Below are positions 1 to 9,680 of a stretch of DNA of 64,000 nucleotides, piece by piece (position 1 is the first letter of the stretch; each line of letters begins with the position of its first letter). The DNA is taken from assembly GCA_023412005.1 (NCBI GenBank), contig JAEYOE010000012.1:324693-388692 (forward strand), given 5' to 3'. The DNA comes from Bacillota bacterium (GTDB taxonomy: Bacteria > Bacillota > Clostridia > Christensenellales > SZUA-584). Made by a program: the position numbers and the translations under genes. Below the pieces are notes generated by a model, which saw only the letters and a list, made by a program, of their open reading frames with translations, did no database searches and was not told the origin of the DNA.

Positions 1-1187
1 TCAACACGCATCATCATCTGTATCAAACGTTTACACGCAATTTGCCCAAGGTGCAGAATATGGAGCTGTTTGACTGGCTCGTCACGCTCTACGAAATATG
101 GCGCGGGCTTAACGATGACTGCGTTTATTACAGCACGCTGACCGGCATTGGCGAGCTGGCCAAATACGGCTGTACAACGTGTATGGACCATCATTATGTA
201 TTCCCAAAAGAAGGGTCCGATGAATTCATTGACCGACAGTTTGCGGCGGCTGACCAAATCGGCGTGCGGTTTCACGCGACGCGCGGCAGCATGTCCAGAG
301 GCAAAAGCGACGGCGGTCTCCCGCCGGATGATCTGGTGCAAAGCGTCGACAAGATTTTGAGCGACAGTGAACGGCTCGTGAAGAAATATCACGACACATC
401 GCGGTTTGCGATGCATCAGGTGTCGCTTGCGCCGTGCTCGCCGTTCAGCGTCACAACAGAGCTGCTAAAAGAATCTGCCGTGCTTGCGAGACGGCTTGGG
501 GTGCGGCTGCACACGCACTTGTGCGAAACGATGGACGAGCAGCAATACTGCATGGAGACGGTGGGCATGCGCCCGCTTGACTATATGCGCGAATGCGGCT
601 GGGTCGGCCCAGATGTTTGGTTCGCGCACGGCATTTATTTTAACGACGATGAGCTCAAGGTGCTGGCAGAAACGGGAACCGGCGTTGCGCACTGCCCGGT
701 GTCGAACATGAAGCTGGCATCCGGCGTGTGCCGCATACCCGATATGCAGCGCCTCGGCGTGCCGGTGGGGCTCGCGGTGGACGGCAGCGCCAGCAACGAC
801 TGCTCAAACCTGATGGCGGAGATTCGCGCGTCGTATCTGGTAAACAGGCTCACCTACAGCAGCACCGCGCCAACAGGGTATGATATTTTAAAGCTCGCGA
901 CAATCGGCAGTGCGAAAGTGCTCGGGCGCAGTGATATCGGGTCTCTCGAGGTCGGCAAAGCGGCGGATCTGTTTATGATCGATGTGGATATCTTGGAGCT
1001 GGCGGGCACCTCGCTTGATCCGGGGGGGCTGCTCGGTACCGTTGGGTATTCGCGTCCGGCCAAAATGGTGATGGCGAACGGTAAAATCATCGTGCAGGAC
1101 GGGCAGCTCACCGGTATCGATGAAAAGCAGGTGTTCGAAAAGTCGAATCAACTTGTTGCCGAGATGCTCGTAAAGGCATCAAAATAA
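1..1187 (+). CDS. Amidohydrolase, TRZ/ATZ (guanine / 8-oxoguanine deaminase-like) family; 5' end lies off the window
   Basis: The frame is open from nt 3. NTHHHLYQTFTR gives the HxH metal motif before the tracked Met at 42. HTHLCET, GVAHCPVSN and AVDGSASND motifs fit this metallo-hydrolase family. Confidence 0.8.
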   Translation, partial: NTHHHLYQTFTRNLPKVQNMELFDWLVTLYEIWRGLNDDCVYYSTLTGIGELAKYGCTTCMDHHYVFPKEGSDEFIDRQFAAADQIGVRFHATRGSMSRGKSDGGLPPDDLVQSVDKILSDSERLVKKYHDTSRFAMHQVSLAPCSPFSVTTELLKESAVLARRLGVRLHTHLCETMDEQQYCMETVGMRPLDYMRECGWVGPDVWFAHGIYFNDDELKVLAETGTGVAHCPVSNMKLASGVCRIPDMQRLGVPVGLAVDGSASNDCSNLMAEIRASYLVNRLTYSSTAPTGYDILKLATIGSAKVLGRSDIGSLEVGKAADLFMIDVDILELAGTSLDPGGLLGTVGYSRPAKMVMANGKIIVQDGQLTGIDEKQVFEKSNQLVAEMLVKASK

Positions 1188-1231
1188 TCAATTAAGGTAC
1201 TTATGTCAGTGCAATGGTAAGTTGCTAATTT

Positions 1232-1351
1232 CGGTCATCCTGAGGAGCGAGCGACGACTATGTAGTGGATCAGTTTCTGTTGCAACAGATTTTTTCCACT
1301 ACGTAGTCACTTTGCTACACTCGTTCACTACGACTGTGGAATGAATGACCG
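1232..1351. repeat. Imperfect palindrome of about 120 nt centred on CTGTTGCAACAG, with arms GACTATGTAGTGGA / TCCACTACGTAGTC
   Basis: Read directly. Outer arms are CGGTCAT / ATGACCG. A third motif copy, TCCACTTCGTAGTC, lies at 1472-1485. Confidence 0.6.
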
Positions 1352-1524
1352 TTACCATAGCTTTTCGTTTACTATGATGATTTAGTGCTGAAGATTCCTT
1401 AAAGCGTAAGCGATCGACTAAACGGTGGACAGAATCCCCTTTTCTACAAAGCGTTTTTTATGGGATTTTAATCCACTTCGTAGTCGACAGGCTCGGAATG
1501 ATAAATAAACCGAAAGAGGGTATC

Positions 1525-2754
1525 ATGACGCTTCGAAACGACGCTGACCTGATCATCGCAGAAGCCATCCAATCGGCGCTGCCTGACGCGGCGGTGAAGC
1601 GGGCGCTGAAAAACAAAAGCTTCCCGGGCCGCGTGTTTTTGGTGGCGGTTGGCAAAGCAGCCTGGCAGATGGCTTCGGCAGCGGCGCAGCAGCTGGGCAG
1701 CGCGCTGACGCAAGGGGTTGTGATTACCAAATACGCGCATTCACTCGGAGATATCGCACGCGTGCGCGTGTATGAAGCCGGGCACCCGGTGCCGGATGAG
1801 AACTCGTTTAGAGCGACCGGAGAGGCGCTGAGGCTGACATCCGGGCTGCGCGCCGACGACACCGTGCTGCTGCTGCTCTCGGGCGGCGGTTCGGCGTTGC
1901 TGGAGCAGCCGATAATACCTGCTGAGGAGCTGCAGTCTATCACAGCGCAGCTATTGGCCTGCGGCGCGGATATTGTGGAAATGAACACGGTGCGTAAGCG
2001 GCTGTCCGCCGTGAAGGGCGGGCGGTTTGCACTGCATTGCAGGCCTGCAAGCGTGGTTGCGGTCGTGCTGTCGGACATTATCGGCGACCCGCTGGATATG
2101 ATCGCCTCAGGGCCGGCGTATCCCGACGCGTCCACCTATGAGCAGGCAATGCAGATTGTGAATAAGTATGGCCTTAGGTTCTCGCAGCAGGCGCTGAAGA
2201 GCCTTCAAACCGAAACGCCCAAGACTCTCGATAATGTGGAGACGCAGGTGACGGGCAGCGTGAAGCAGCTGTGTGTGTCGGCAGAGAAAACGTGTATTCG
2301 GCTCGGTTACAAACCGGTGGTGCTGACCGACAGCCTGTGCTGCACCGCGCGGGATGCGGGCAGCTTTCTCGCGTCTATGGCGCGGTATCATGCGAATACA
2401 GATGAGTCGCTGGCGTTCATCGCGGGCGGGGAGACAGTGGTGAAGCTCACGGGCAGCGGCAAAGGCGGGCGTAACCAGGAGCTGGCATTGGCTGCTGCCG
2501 CGGGGATTGACGGCCTTAAAAATACGGCGGTGTTTTCGGTAGGGTCAGACGGCACGGACGGCCCGACCGACGCGGCGGGCGGGTTTGCCGACGGCAGCAC
2601 AGCCCAAGCGCTGTTGAGAGCGGGTGTTTCTATATTCAGCGAGCTGGACAAAAACAACGCATATTTTGCGCTGCAGCAGTGCGGCGGGCTGATCATCACA
2701 GGCCCGACCGGCACGAATGTGAATGATTTGTCGGTATTGTTGATAAAACGATAA
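1525..2754 (+). CDS. Glycerate 2-kinase / hydroxypyruvate reductase family (DUF4147 + MOFRL)
   Basis: GGETVVKLTGSGKGGRNQELALAAA and GSDGTDGPTDAAG are MOFRL-type motifs. I prefer the ATG at 1525 because of the AGAGGG SD; the alternative start is 1498. Confidence 0.85.
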   Translation: MTLRNDADLIIAEAIQSALPDAAVKRALKNKSFPGRVFLVAVGKAAWQMASAAAQQLGSALTQGVVITKYAHSLGDIARVRVYEAGHPVPDENSFRATGEALRLTSGLRADDTVLLLLSGGGSALLEQPIIPAEELQSITAQLLACGADIVEMNTVRKRLSAVKGGRFALHCRPASVVAVVLSDIIGDPLDMIASGPAYPDASTYEQAMQIVNKYGLRFSQQALKSLQTETPKTLDNVETQVTGSVKQLCVSAEKTCIRLGYKPVVLTDSLCCTARDAGSFLASMARYHANTDESLAFIAGGETVVKLTGSGKGGRNQELALAAAAGIDGLKNTAVFSVGSDGTDGPTDAAGGFADGSTAQALLRAGVSIFSELDKNNAYFALQQCGGLIITGPTGTNVNDLSVLLIKR

Positions 2755-2874
2755 TAATCGAGAAGATAACCGGAACAATCCTATCGATTTTATCGTTTGA
2801 TCAACGTTGATATCTTACGCAACCAAGATGCCTAGGACAGGAAAATGATCTTTATTATAAAGGAGAAAAAAGAT

Positions 2875-3273
2875 ATGAAAAAGGTTATGTTAACGGTGCT
2901 GACGGTCATGATGGCAGCCGTTATGATGATTGGATGCGCGGCTCCTGCGGCAGCTTTGGCCAAGGTTTACGACGAGGATGACAACACCATTTTTGCGAAA
3001 CCGGGCGAAGAGTTTACGATTAAGCTCGATGAAAACCCGACAACAGGCTACCAGTGGAGCTATGCAATCACTGATGGAAAAATCGTATCACTCAGCAAGG
3101 ATGAGTTTGTGACCGACGAAGCTGATAAGAACGTGGATGGCGCGGGCGGTCAGCGGGTCTTAACGTTCAAAGCAAATGCTGCAGGAAATACTACCATCAA
3201 TATGGTTTACGAGCGCAGCTGGGAGAAGAACGAGGATGACGAAAAGCTCTCGTTCGAGATTGAGGTTAAATAA
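2875..3273 (+). CDS. Chagasin-family (I42) cysteine-peptidase inhibitor, lipoprotein
   Basis: NPTTGYQW and GAGG loops are typical of chagasin/ICP. The signal peptide carries a lipobox (MMIGC). An AAGGAG SD sits 9 nt before the ATG at 2875. Confidence 0.8.
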   Translation: MKKVMLTVLTVMMAAVMMIGCAAPAAALAKVYDEDDNTIFAKPGEEFTIKLDENPTTGYQWSYAITDGKIVSLSKDEFVTDEADKNVDGAGGQRVLTFKANAAGNTTINMVYERSWEKNEDDEKLSFEIEVK

Positions 3274-3375
3274 GAAACAAAATCAAATAACGAAAAGATA
3301 GACATCGTTAGCTTGCTGATAAACGCCTTGATATATCATTGCTTTCCGTAAGTATGCCATTTTGGCAAATTCGAC

Positions 3376-3410
3376 AAATAAAAAACGCGCTTTGCCCAAG
3401 CGAAGCGCGC
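3376..3410 (-). terminator. Intrinsic terminator of xpt
   Basis: On the minus strand the stem GCGCGCTT..AAGCGCG is followed by TTTTTTATTT. Confidence 0.75.
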
Positions 3411-3420
3411 ATAATGTCGT

Positions 3421-3993
3421 TTATTCGCGAAACTGCACCGTTTGGTTTTCCATGCTGTCGATAATCGCAAGGCTTTGCACATTGTAGCCGGTATTCCGAA
3501 GATGATCGCCGCCCCCTTGGAAGCCTTTTTCAATCACCACGCCGATACCCACAACGGTGGCTCCGGCCTGTTCGCTGATATCCAGCAAACCTTTTTGTGC
3601 CTTGCCGGTCGCGAGAATATCATCAATTATTAATATGCGGTCGTCCGCTGTTAAAAAGCGTTTTTCGAGAATCACGGTATAGTCTCTGCCGCGGGTATAG
3701 CTGGTTACGTTTGTTCTGTATACGTCGCCGTCGATGTTCTTGCTCTCCGACTTTTTGGCGAAAACGATCGGTACATTAAAATACATGGCGGTCATACAAG
3801 CCACGGCAATGCCGCTGGCTTCAATTGTGATCACTTTGGTGATGGGCTGTCCATCAAAGAGACGCTTGAATTCCTTGCCGATTTCGTTGAGCAGACCGAC
3901 ATCAATCTGATGGTTTAAAAAGCCGTCTACCTTGATGATATGACCGTCTTTGATGCGGCCGTCTTTGCGGATCCGTTCTTTCAAAAGCTCCAT
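3421..3993 (-). CDS. xpt: Xanthine phosphoribosyltransferase
   Basis: Full-length Xpt-like protein: MELLKERIRKDGRI...VDGFLNHQID, with the PRPP loop ILIIDDILATG. Confidence 0.9.
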   Translation of the reverse strand: MELLKERIRKDGRIKDGHIIKVDGFLNHQIDVGLLNEIGKEFKRLFDGQPITKVITIEASGIAVACMTAMYFNVPIVFAKKSESKNIDGDVYRTNVTSYTRGRDYTVILEKRFLTADDRILIIDDILATGKAQKGLLDISEQAGATVVGIGVVIEKGFQGGGDHLRNTGYNVQSLAIIDSMENQTVQFRE

Positions 3994-4110
3994 AGATACC
4001 CCTTATGCAAACTTATTTTTATCATTATACCGCAGTATTAAAACTTTGGAATAGAAAACGCGAAAAATGTTCGGGTTTACGTGGATGAAATATTGGAATT
4101 TGTCAAACGG

Positions 4111-4149
4111 TAAAGAAAAAGAAGCGCCATCAGCGAAAAACGGCGCTTC
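4111..4149 (-). terminator. Intrinsic terminator of the cheW-mcp unit
   Basis: Stem GAAGCGCC (4121-4128) pairs with GGCGCTTC (4142-4149). On the minus strand it is followed by TTTTTCTTT. Confidence 0.8.
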
Positions 4150-4163
4150 TTATCGGACTATCT

Positions 4164-6152
4164 TTAATACTTCCCAAAATCCTGGGCGCTTAAATCAATA
4201 TCTGCTGAGCTGTCTGAAGACAGCATTTTTGATGCACCTGAGATTTGGCCGCTGCTCAGTTTAAACTGAGCCACCATTGTTTTTAGCAGATCGGCCTGGC
4301 TCGAAAGCTCTTCGCTGGCTGCTGCCGCCTCCTGTGCGGTGGCAGAGTTGGTCTGCACCACCTGTGAGAGCTGCTCAATGCCTTGGTTCACCTGCGAGAT
4401 ACCTGTGGCCTGCTCGCCGGATGCCGCCGCAATGTCGCCCACCAACGCCGCCGCTTTTTCCACGCCCGAGACGATGTTTGCGAGCGCTGCCGCTGTTTGA
4501 TCGGCGATCTTCGTGCCCGCGGCGACTTTGGCGATGGAGCCTTCGATAAGCTCTGTTGTTTCCTTGGCCGCCTCGGCACTGCGGGCTGCGAGATTTCTGA
4601 CCTCTTCAGCCACCACAGCAAAGCCTTTACCGTGTACACCGGCTCTCGCGGCTTCCACCGCCGCATTTAAAGCGAGTATGTTGGTTTGGAACGCAATGTC
4701 GTCGATCACCTTGATGATTTTGGAGATATTTTGAGACGACTCGCTGATCAGACCCATCGCATCCTGCATCTCTTTCATCTGATTATTGCCGTATGCTGCA
4801 TCGTCTTTCGCGGCGGAGGCCAGTTCGTTGGCTTTGCCCGCGTTAACGGCATTCTGCTTGGTTTGCTCTGCGATTTGCGTAAGCGATACAGACAGCTCTT
4901 CGATAGAACTCGCTTGCTCCGTAGCCCCTTGAGAGATGGTCTGGCTGCCCGAGGATACCTGACCGGTTCCGGCAGACACCTGCTCGGCAGCGCCGTTGAT
5001 TTCCAAGAGCGTTTGATTCAGCGATTGCACGATCATATTGATCGACTGCTTGAGCGCGATGAAATCACCCTTGTAATCGGAGCTGATGGAAACAGTCATA
5101 TTGCCGTTCGACATGGCACCGAGGACGGCCGAGATTTCAAAGATATATTCTTTTATCGATTCAATGCCGCCGCAAAGATTTTTCGCAATTTCGGTAAACA
5201 GCGAGTGGAGTGCAGCAGTATCGGCATCCGCTTCCGAAACGACAATATCACACAAAAGCTCGCCTCTTTCTAGCCGCTGCAAATTGACGAGCAGTTTATC
5301 AACTTCTGCATTCTGGTACTTGCTTTGTTTTTCTGAGATTACACGTGCCGCTTCTATGTTTTTAAACGCCGTTCTGACTTCGCCGTCGATGGTGGCGGCC
5401 AATTGCCCGGCTTCGTCCTTCGATTTAACATTTAGCGGTGCATCCAGATCACCCGATGCGATAGCTTTGGCGCATACGGCTGTCGCCGCTATCGGCTTTG
5501 AAATCATTCTTGATATCGCAATACCGAGGATAATGGCGATTAAAAAAACAATGCTGGCGACAATAACCGTTATCAACATGACACTGTCTGTCAACGTTGC
5601 ATTCGCATCGGCTTTATTTTTGGCATCCTGGGTCTTTGCGCTTACAATCGCATCAATAGCATCCTGCTCTGCTTTTGCGGCAATGCCCGCCGGGCTGTCT
5701 TCAGCGAGCATCGCAATGGCTTCTGAATCGTTGCCGGAGCGAATAGCGCTGATGATTTCGCCCTCAAGTGACCTGAATGTTTTATTCGCTTGGACAAATG
5801 TGTCGAATAGCGATCGCATTTCAACAGAGAGAATCTTTTTTTCAAACTCAGCTGACATTTCATCGATTACAGCGTGTCTCTCTTCCAACTTAGTCAATTC
5901 GGCTTCAATCAAATCAGGATCATCAAGCAAAATAGCCTGACGGTAGTTAACACGTTGACGCTGGAACGACTCGCTTATTTTTGCCATTTCCTGAATCGGA
6001 ACTGTCATGTTCTCATACATCTCCATATCGGACCTGTCGAGCGTATTAATGTTGATAATGCTGTAAACCGCCATACCCCCTGTTAACAAAGCGACCAGAA
6101 TAAAGCTGATAAGTAGTTTCGTTGCGATCTTTAAGTCTTTGAACCTTTTCAT
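4164..6152 (-). CDS. Methyl-accepting chemotaxis protein (4-helix-bundle sensor, HAMP, unassigned insert, second HAMP-like segment, signalling domain)
   Basis: Two TM segments and the conserved tip [27 protein letters not shown]. The C-terminus is DFGKY. The start overlaps the cheW stop (ATGA). Confidence 0.95.
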   Translation of the reverse strand: MKRFKDLKIATKLLISFILVALLTGGMAVYSIININTLDRSDMEMYENMTVPIQEMAKISESFQRQRVNYRQAILLDDPDLIEAELTKLEERHAVIDEMSAEFEKKILSVEMRSLFDTFVQANKTFRSLEGEIISAIRSGNDSEAIAMLAEDSPAGIAAKAEQDAIDAIVSAKTQDAKNKADANATLTDSVMLITVIVASIVFLIAIILGIAISRMISKPIAATAVCAKAIASGDLDAPLNVKSKDEAGQLAATIDGEVRTAFKNIEAARVISEKQSKYQNAEVDKLLVNLQRLERGELLCDIVVSEADADTAALHSLFTEIAKNLCGGIESIKEYIFEISAVLGAMSNGNMTVSISSDYKGDFIALKQSINMIVQSLNQTLLEINGAAEQVSAGTGQVSSGSQTISQGATEQASSIEELSVSLTQIAEQTKQNAVNAGKANELASAAKDDAAYGNNQMKEMQDAMGLISESSQNISKIIKVIDDIAFQTNILALNAAVEAARAGVHGKGFAVVAEEVRNLAARSAEAAKETTELIEGSIAKVAAGTKIADQTAAALANIVSGVEKAAALVGDIAAASGEQATGISQVNQGIEQLSQVVQTNSATAQEAAAASEELSSQADLLKTMVAQFKLSSGQISGASKMLSSDSSADIDLSAQDFGKY

Positions 6153-6658
6153 GATTTTACCCTCTCTTTAATTTCGTTGAATCTGTTAACTTCTTCGTCC
6201 TGAAAAAGACTTTCGCAGTTAATAAGAATAATGATACGATCATCGCTTTTGCCTATTCCCGCGATATAGTTTTTGCGGATGCTTGTGCGAATGTTTGGTG
6301 GGGGAGAGATGTTTTCACTGCTTATGGATGTGACCTCGGCGACTTTGTCAACAATTAAGCCCACGGATAGATCTGCTGTGTCAATAACGATAATACAAGT
6401 TCTTTCGGTGTCTTCGGCTGCTTCTTTTTTAAACTTGAGCCGAAGATCAATCACGGGGATGATTTTACCCCGCAGGTTAACAATGCCTCGAATGTAGTGG
6501 GGGACTTCGGGCAATCGGAATACCGGCTGCATGCTGATGATTTCGGTCACATAACCGATATCAACGCCGAATTCCACTTCGCCGAGGGCGAACGTTAAAA
6601 AACGTCCGTTTTCTGTGCCTTCATTTTGCTGTGACTGATTGATTTGAATACGTGTCAT
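6149..6658 (-). CDS. cheW: Chemotaxis coupling protein CheW
   Basis: CheW fold motifs [18 protein letters not shown] and [18 protein letters not shown] prefer the ATG at 6658 (AGAGGGGAG SD); the tracked upstream extension runs through a palindrome. Confidence 0.9.
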   Translation of the reverse strand: MTRIQINQSQQNEGTENGRFLTFALGEVEFGVDIGYVTEIISMQPVFRLPEVPHYIRGIVNLRGKIIPVIDLRLKFKKEAAEDTERTCIIVIDTADLSVGLIVDKVAEVTSISSENISPPPNIRTSIRKNYIAGIGKSDDRIIILINCESLFQDEEVNRFNEIKERVKS

Positions 6659-6684
6659 ATGTACTCCCCTCTTTAAAATAATGC

Positions 6685-6710
6685 AGTGCATCCAACCGGT
6701 TGGATGCACT
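6685..6710 (-). promoter_or_regulatory. Perfect 26-nt palindrome AGTGCATCCAACCGGTTGGATGCACT in the cheW leader
   Basis: Read directly (13+13 nt, no mismatch). It lies between the candidate -10 element and the SD of cheW. Confidence 0.6.
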
Positions 6711-6715
6711 TCTCA

Positions 6716-6746
6716 TTATATCGTTAGGGACGATGTCAACTTAAGC
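6716..6746 (-). promoter_or_regulatory. Candidate sigma-D/FliA-type promoter of cheW-mcp
   Basis: The minus strand reads CTTAAG-16 nt-CGATATAA, compared with the Bacillus sigma-D consensus TAAA-N15-GCCGATAT. Confidence 0.45.
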
Positions 6747-6917
6747 TAAAAATAAGTAGATATACATAAAAATAATTAATATATGAGAAAATAACCCAAA
6801 TAAAATAATTAAGAGAAAGAGAATTATTAAAGATCTCATATACTTATATATATAATAATATGAAAATAATATTTATTATGGCTTGATTATGGTCTTTTTC
6901 CGACGTATGATGAAAAC

Positions 6918-7508
6918 ATGAAAAAACAAAGCATATTCGACGCTGCATGTGAATTGTTCGCAATAAAGGGCTATGACGGATGCTCCATTCAGGATATTGC
7001 CGATAAGGTGGGGCTTCACAAAGCGACAATATATAATTATATAAAAAGCAAAGACGATTTGTTTTTGGCCGTACTGGAACGAGAGCTCGGCGGCTATGAA
7101 GCGGCCGTTCAAAAAGCCGTTGATGCTCATACTGATGAGTGCTTAGAAAAGATACTCTATGCTATTGTGATCTCTATTGCTGACTACTCGAATTTTACGC
7201 GGCTGCTCTTGTGGAAAAAAACGCAGCTGATGACATTATGCACAGAAGAAGTGAGTATTCGCCGACTTTCCCGCGACTTATTGTATGAGAAGAATAATAA
7301 GATTAGGGATATATTAAAAAACGTATTAGTTAAAAAAAACATCGATTTAAGCAGGCCCGAAGTTAAGACGCTTATCAACTCTTATTATATTTTCTTAATG
7401 AATGTATTGGAATGGATGCTTTTAAAAGAATGCTGTAAGCAAAAAAATGTAAAGTCTATGATAAAAGACTTGTGGTATAACTTTTGGAACGGATGCAAAC
7501 TGGCATAA
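6918..7508 (+). CDS. TetR/AcrR-family transcriptional regulator
   Basis: N-terminal HTH: FDAACELFAIKGYDGCSIQDIADKVGLHKATIYNYIKSKDDLF. Confidence 0.85.
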   Translation: MKKQSIFDAACELFAIKGYDGCSIQDIADKVGLHKATIYNYIKSKDDLFLAVLERELGGYEAAVQKAVDAHTDECLEKILYAIVISIADYSNFTRLLLWKKTQLMTLCTEEVSIRRLSRDLLYEKNNKIRDILKNVLVKKNIDLSRPEVKTLINSYYIFLMNVLEWMLLKECCKQKNVKSMIKDLWYNFWNGCKLA

Positions 7509-7666
7509 TCGGCAAGCATAGAAAGCGGTTTCAGCCAGCCGGTTTGTTGTTCCTTTACAGCAGCCTTTTTTATTTTTATCTAATTTCCTGTAAAAGAAGA
7601 CAAAAATGAATCCACCATTGCAAAATAATAGATATAAGTATATAATAATGACAAATAGCATAAATA

Positions 7667-9487
7667 ATGTCGCAAAAATCGCCAAAATACGCGCTCAAAA
7701 ATGAAAAGGATACAAGAAGCATGGTTTTGAATAAGAGAGATAGTGAAGTGAGCATTCATTATAGCGACGAAAAAACCAAAAGCATTCATTGGATATTGTA
7801 TATTGTTTGTGCGTTTTTTTATTTATGCTTAAATGCAGCCGTCATCCGCATTTCAGATATGCCCAGTGATACGGTTATTTTCAATATCAGCAAGTTTACC
7901 CTCAGCGGGCTGGCGGCGCAGGGGCAGGTTATCGCTGTGATACTGTTGACGTTGAATCCGCTGAAAAGAAGCCATCAGGCAGCATTGGTTCTTTGCGCCA
8001 TTACAAGTGCCGTTTCACTGGTGACCGTCCTGATGAGAAGAAATTTCGATGCCATGCCGGGGGTCATTGTACCGCTTACATCAGGTGCCATGAGCATCAT
8101 TATCAGCAATTACGCCAAGCGCCTGAAAAGCCAGCTGAACAGAGTTGTTGAATACAGCAGAATCGTGAAGCGAAACGAGGAAATGCTGCAAACACTGGCC
8201 TATTACGATACGTTAACCGGCTTGCCCAACCGAAAAGCGCTGATGGATCAGATCGACAGCCTGACGAGCCGGAAGGATGGGGCCGGCTTTTATCTTGTGT
8301 ATATCGATATAGACGATTTTAAGAACATCAACGACACAATGGGACACAGCGTCGGTGATACCGTTTTGAAAAGCGTGGCACAGCGCTGGCAGCAGGTTTG
8401 CCATCATGAAGATTTATTTGCGCGGGTGGGCGGTGACGAATTCATTGTTCTCATTTGTCATGAGGTGTCCGCCGTACAGCTTCACGATTATCTGCATAGG
8501 TTTTATGATGCCGTCAAGGTGCCCATTCGTATCGGACGCGTCGACTTTCATATCGGTATCAGCTTTGGCGTTACCAGATACCCGCATGATGGGGATAATG
8601 CCGAAGAGCTGCTTAAAAATGTCGATATTGCGCTTTACAAAGCGAAGAAGCATGGAAAAAACGATTATCAGTTTTTCAGCAATGCATTGAAGGTTGAAGT
8701 CTTAAGAAAGATCCGGCTAGAAAACGATCTGATGTCGGCTGTCGGCAATCAGGAGCTGTTTTTAGTCTATCAGCCGCAGTATCACTGCGGGTCTTTGAAG
8801 CTGCGGGGTTTTGAAGCACTGATCAGGTGGAGACACCCGGAACTAGGATTAATCAGCCCGATTGAGTTTATTCCGATAGCGGAAGAACTCGGGATGATTA
8901 ACGATATTGGCAAATGGGTGATCAAAGCCGCTTTGGAATCGTTTGTTAAGCTGCGGCAAAGCGAAAAAATCAATACAATGCTATCGATCAATATATCCGT
9001 TAAACAGCTTCTCGATCTCTCTTTTGTCGCAATGGTCGGCGATATACTCAAGAAAACCGGATTTGAAAGCCGTTATCTTGAATTTGAGATTACCGAATCT
9101 GTGTTTATTTCTAGTCCCGATTTTGTTATCGGTGTGATGAATAAACTCAAAGAATTGGGCATCGGGATCGCACTTGACGACTTCGGGACAAGATATGCGT
9201 CACTCAACTATCTGCAAATGCTGCCCATCAACATATTAAAAATTGATAAAACCTTTATTGATAAGATCGCGCCGTCACATCTGATGACGGGGGCGATTAT
9301 TTCTCTTTCTCATATGCTGGGCTTCGAAGTGGTGGCGGAAGGCGTGGAACAGCAGCAGCAGATGGATTACTTAACAGCGCAGCACTGCGACTATATTCAA
9401 GGATACCTTTTAAGCCGTCCGGTGGAGGAGCAGCACTTACCCGATATATGCAAAGAGTCGTATGAAGGTCTGCTGGCATCTCAATAA
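7667..9487 (+). CDS. Membrane-anchored GGDEF-EAL protein (diguanylate cyclase / c-di-GMP phosphodiesterase)
   Basis: Several N-terminal TM helices. The GGDEF motif is intact (RVGGDEFIVL). EAL motifs are intact (FEALIRW, EITES, DDFGTRYASLNYL, EGVE). The start is uncertain; the alternative ATG is 7721. Confidence 0.9.
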   Translation: MSQKSPKYALKNEKDTRSMVLNKRDSEVSIHYSDEKTKSIHWILYIVCAFFYLCLNAAVIRISDMPSDTVIFNISKFTLSGLAAQGQVIAVILLTLNPLKRSHQAALVLCAITSAVSLVTVLMRRNFDAMPGVIVPLTSGAMSIIISNYAKRLKSQLNRVVEYSRIVKRNEEMLQTLAYYDTLTGLPNRKALMDQIDSLTSRKDGAGFYLVYIDIDDFKNINDTMGHSVGDTVLKSVAQRWQQVCHHEDLFARVGGDEFIVLICHEVSAVQLHDYLHRFYDAVKVPIRIGRVDFHIGISFGVTRYPHDGDNAEELLKNVDIALYKAKKHGKNDYQFFSNALKVEVLRKIRLENDLMSAVGNQELFLVYQPQYHCGSLKLRGFEALIRWRHPELGLISPIEFIPIAEELGMINDIGKWVIKAALESFVKLRQSEKINTMLSINISVKQLLDLSFVAMVGDILKKTGFESRYLEFEITESVFISSPDFVIGVMNKLKELGIGIALDDFGTRYASLNYLQMLPINILKIDKTFIDKIAPSHLMTGAIISLSHMLGFEVVAEGVEQQQQMDYLTAQHCDYIQGYLLSRPVEEQHLPDICKESYEGLLASQ

Positions 9488-9680
9488 AAGGATAAAAAAT
9501 CACGTCAACAAGCAGAATATTGTCCGTCGGGAAGTAAATCGTTAAAATTCTGCTATTATGGTTTGTGGCAGAAAAAATAGCCAGTTGCTAGAATATACTT
9601 ATGATCGTTTGCTATGTTTTGTTTGCAGTCAGCCAGACAACAAACGTTCGGTTTAATAATTATAAAGCGAGGTATCTTCT

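Noticed and set aside
1330-1341. The exact 12-mer ACGACTGTGGAA is shared with 57380-57391, as a possible third copy of the hairpin element.
   Set aside because: Exact 12-mer coincidences are expected many times over in 64 kb (64,000 squared divided by 4^12 is on the order of a hundred or more). The flanks do not align.
3994-4110. A purine (guanine) riboswitch was expected upstream of xpt, as in many Firmicutes.
   Set aside because: I read the minus-strand leader and did not find the conserved UAUAAU...UAUGG...UUUCUACC...CCGUAAA...CCGACUAUG blocks in order. I saw only a TATAAT box about 25 nt before the SD. A cmsearch with RF00167 would settle it.
9618-9644. Inverted repeat TTTGTT-15 nt-AACAAA upstream of xylA, resembling ROK-type XylR operator half-sites.
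   Set aside because: Only 6 bp pair and the spacer is long. No ROK-type xylR gene is in the window. The adjacent three-component system is a more likely regulator.
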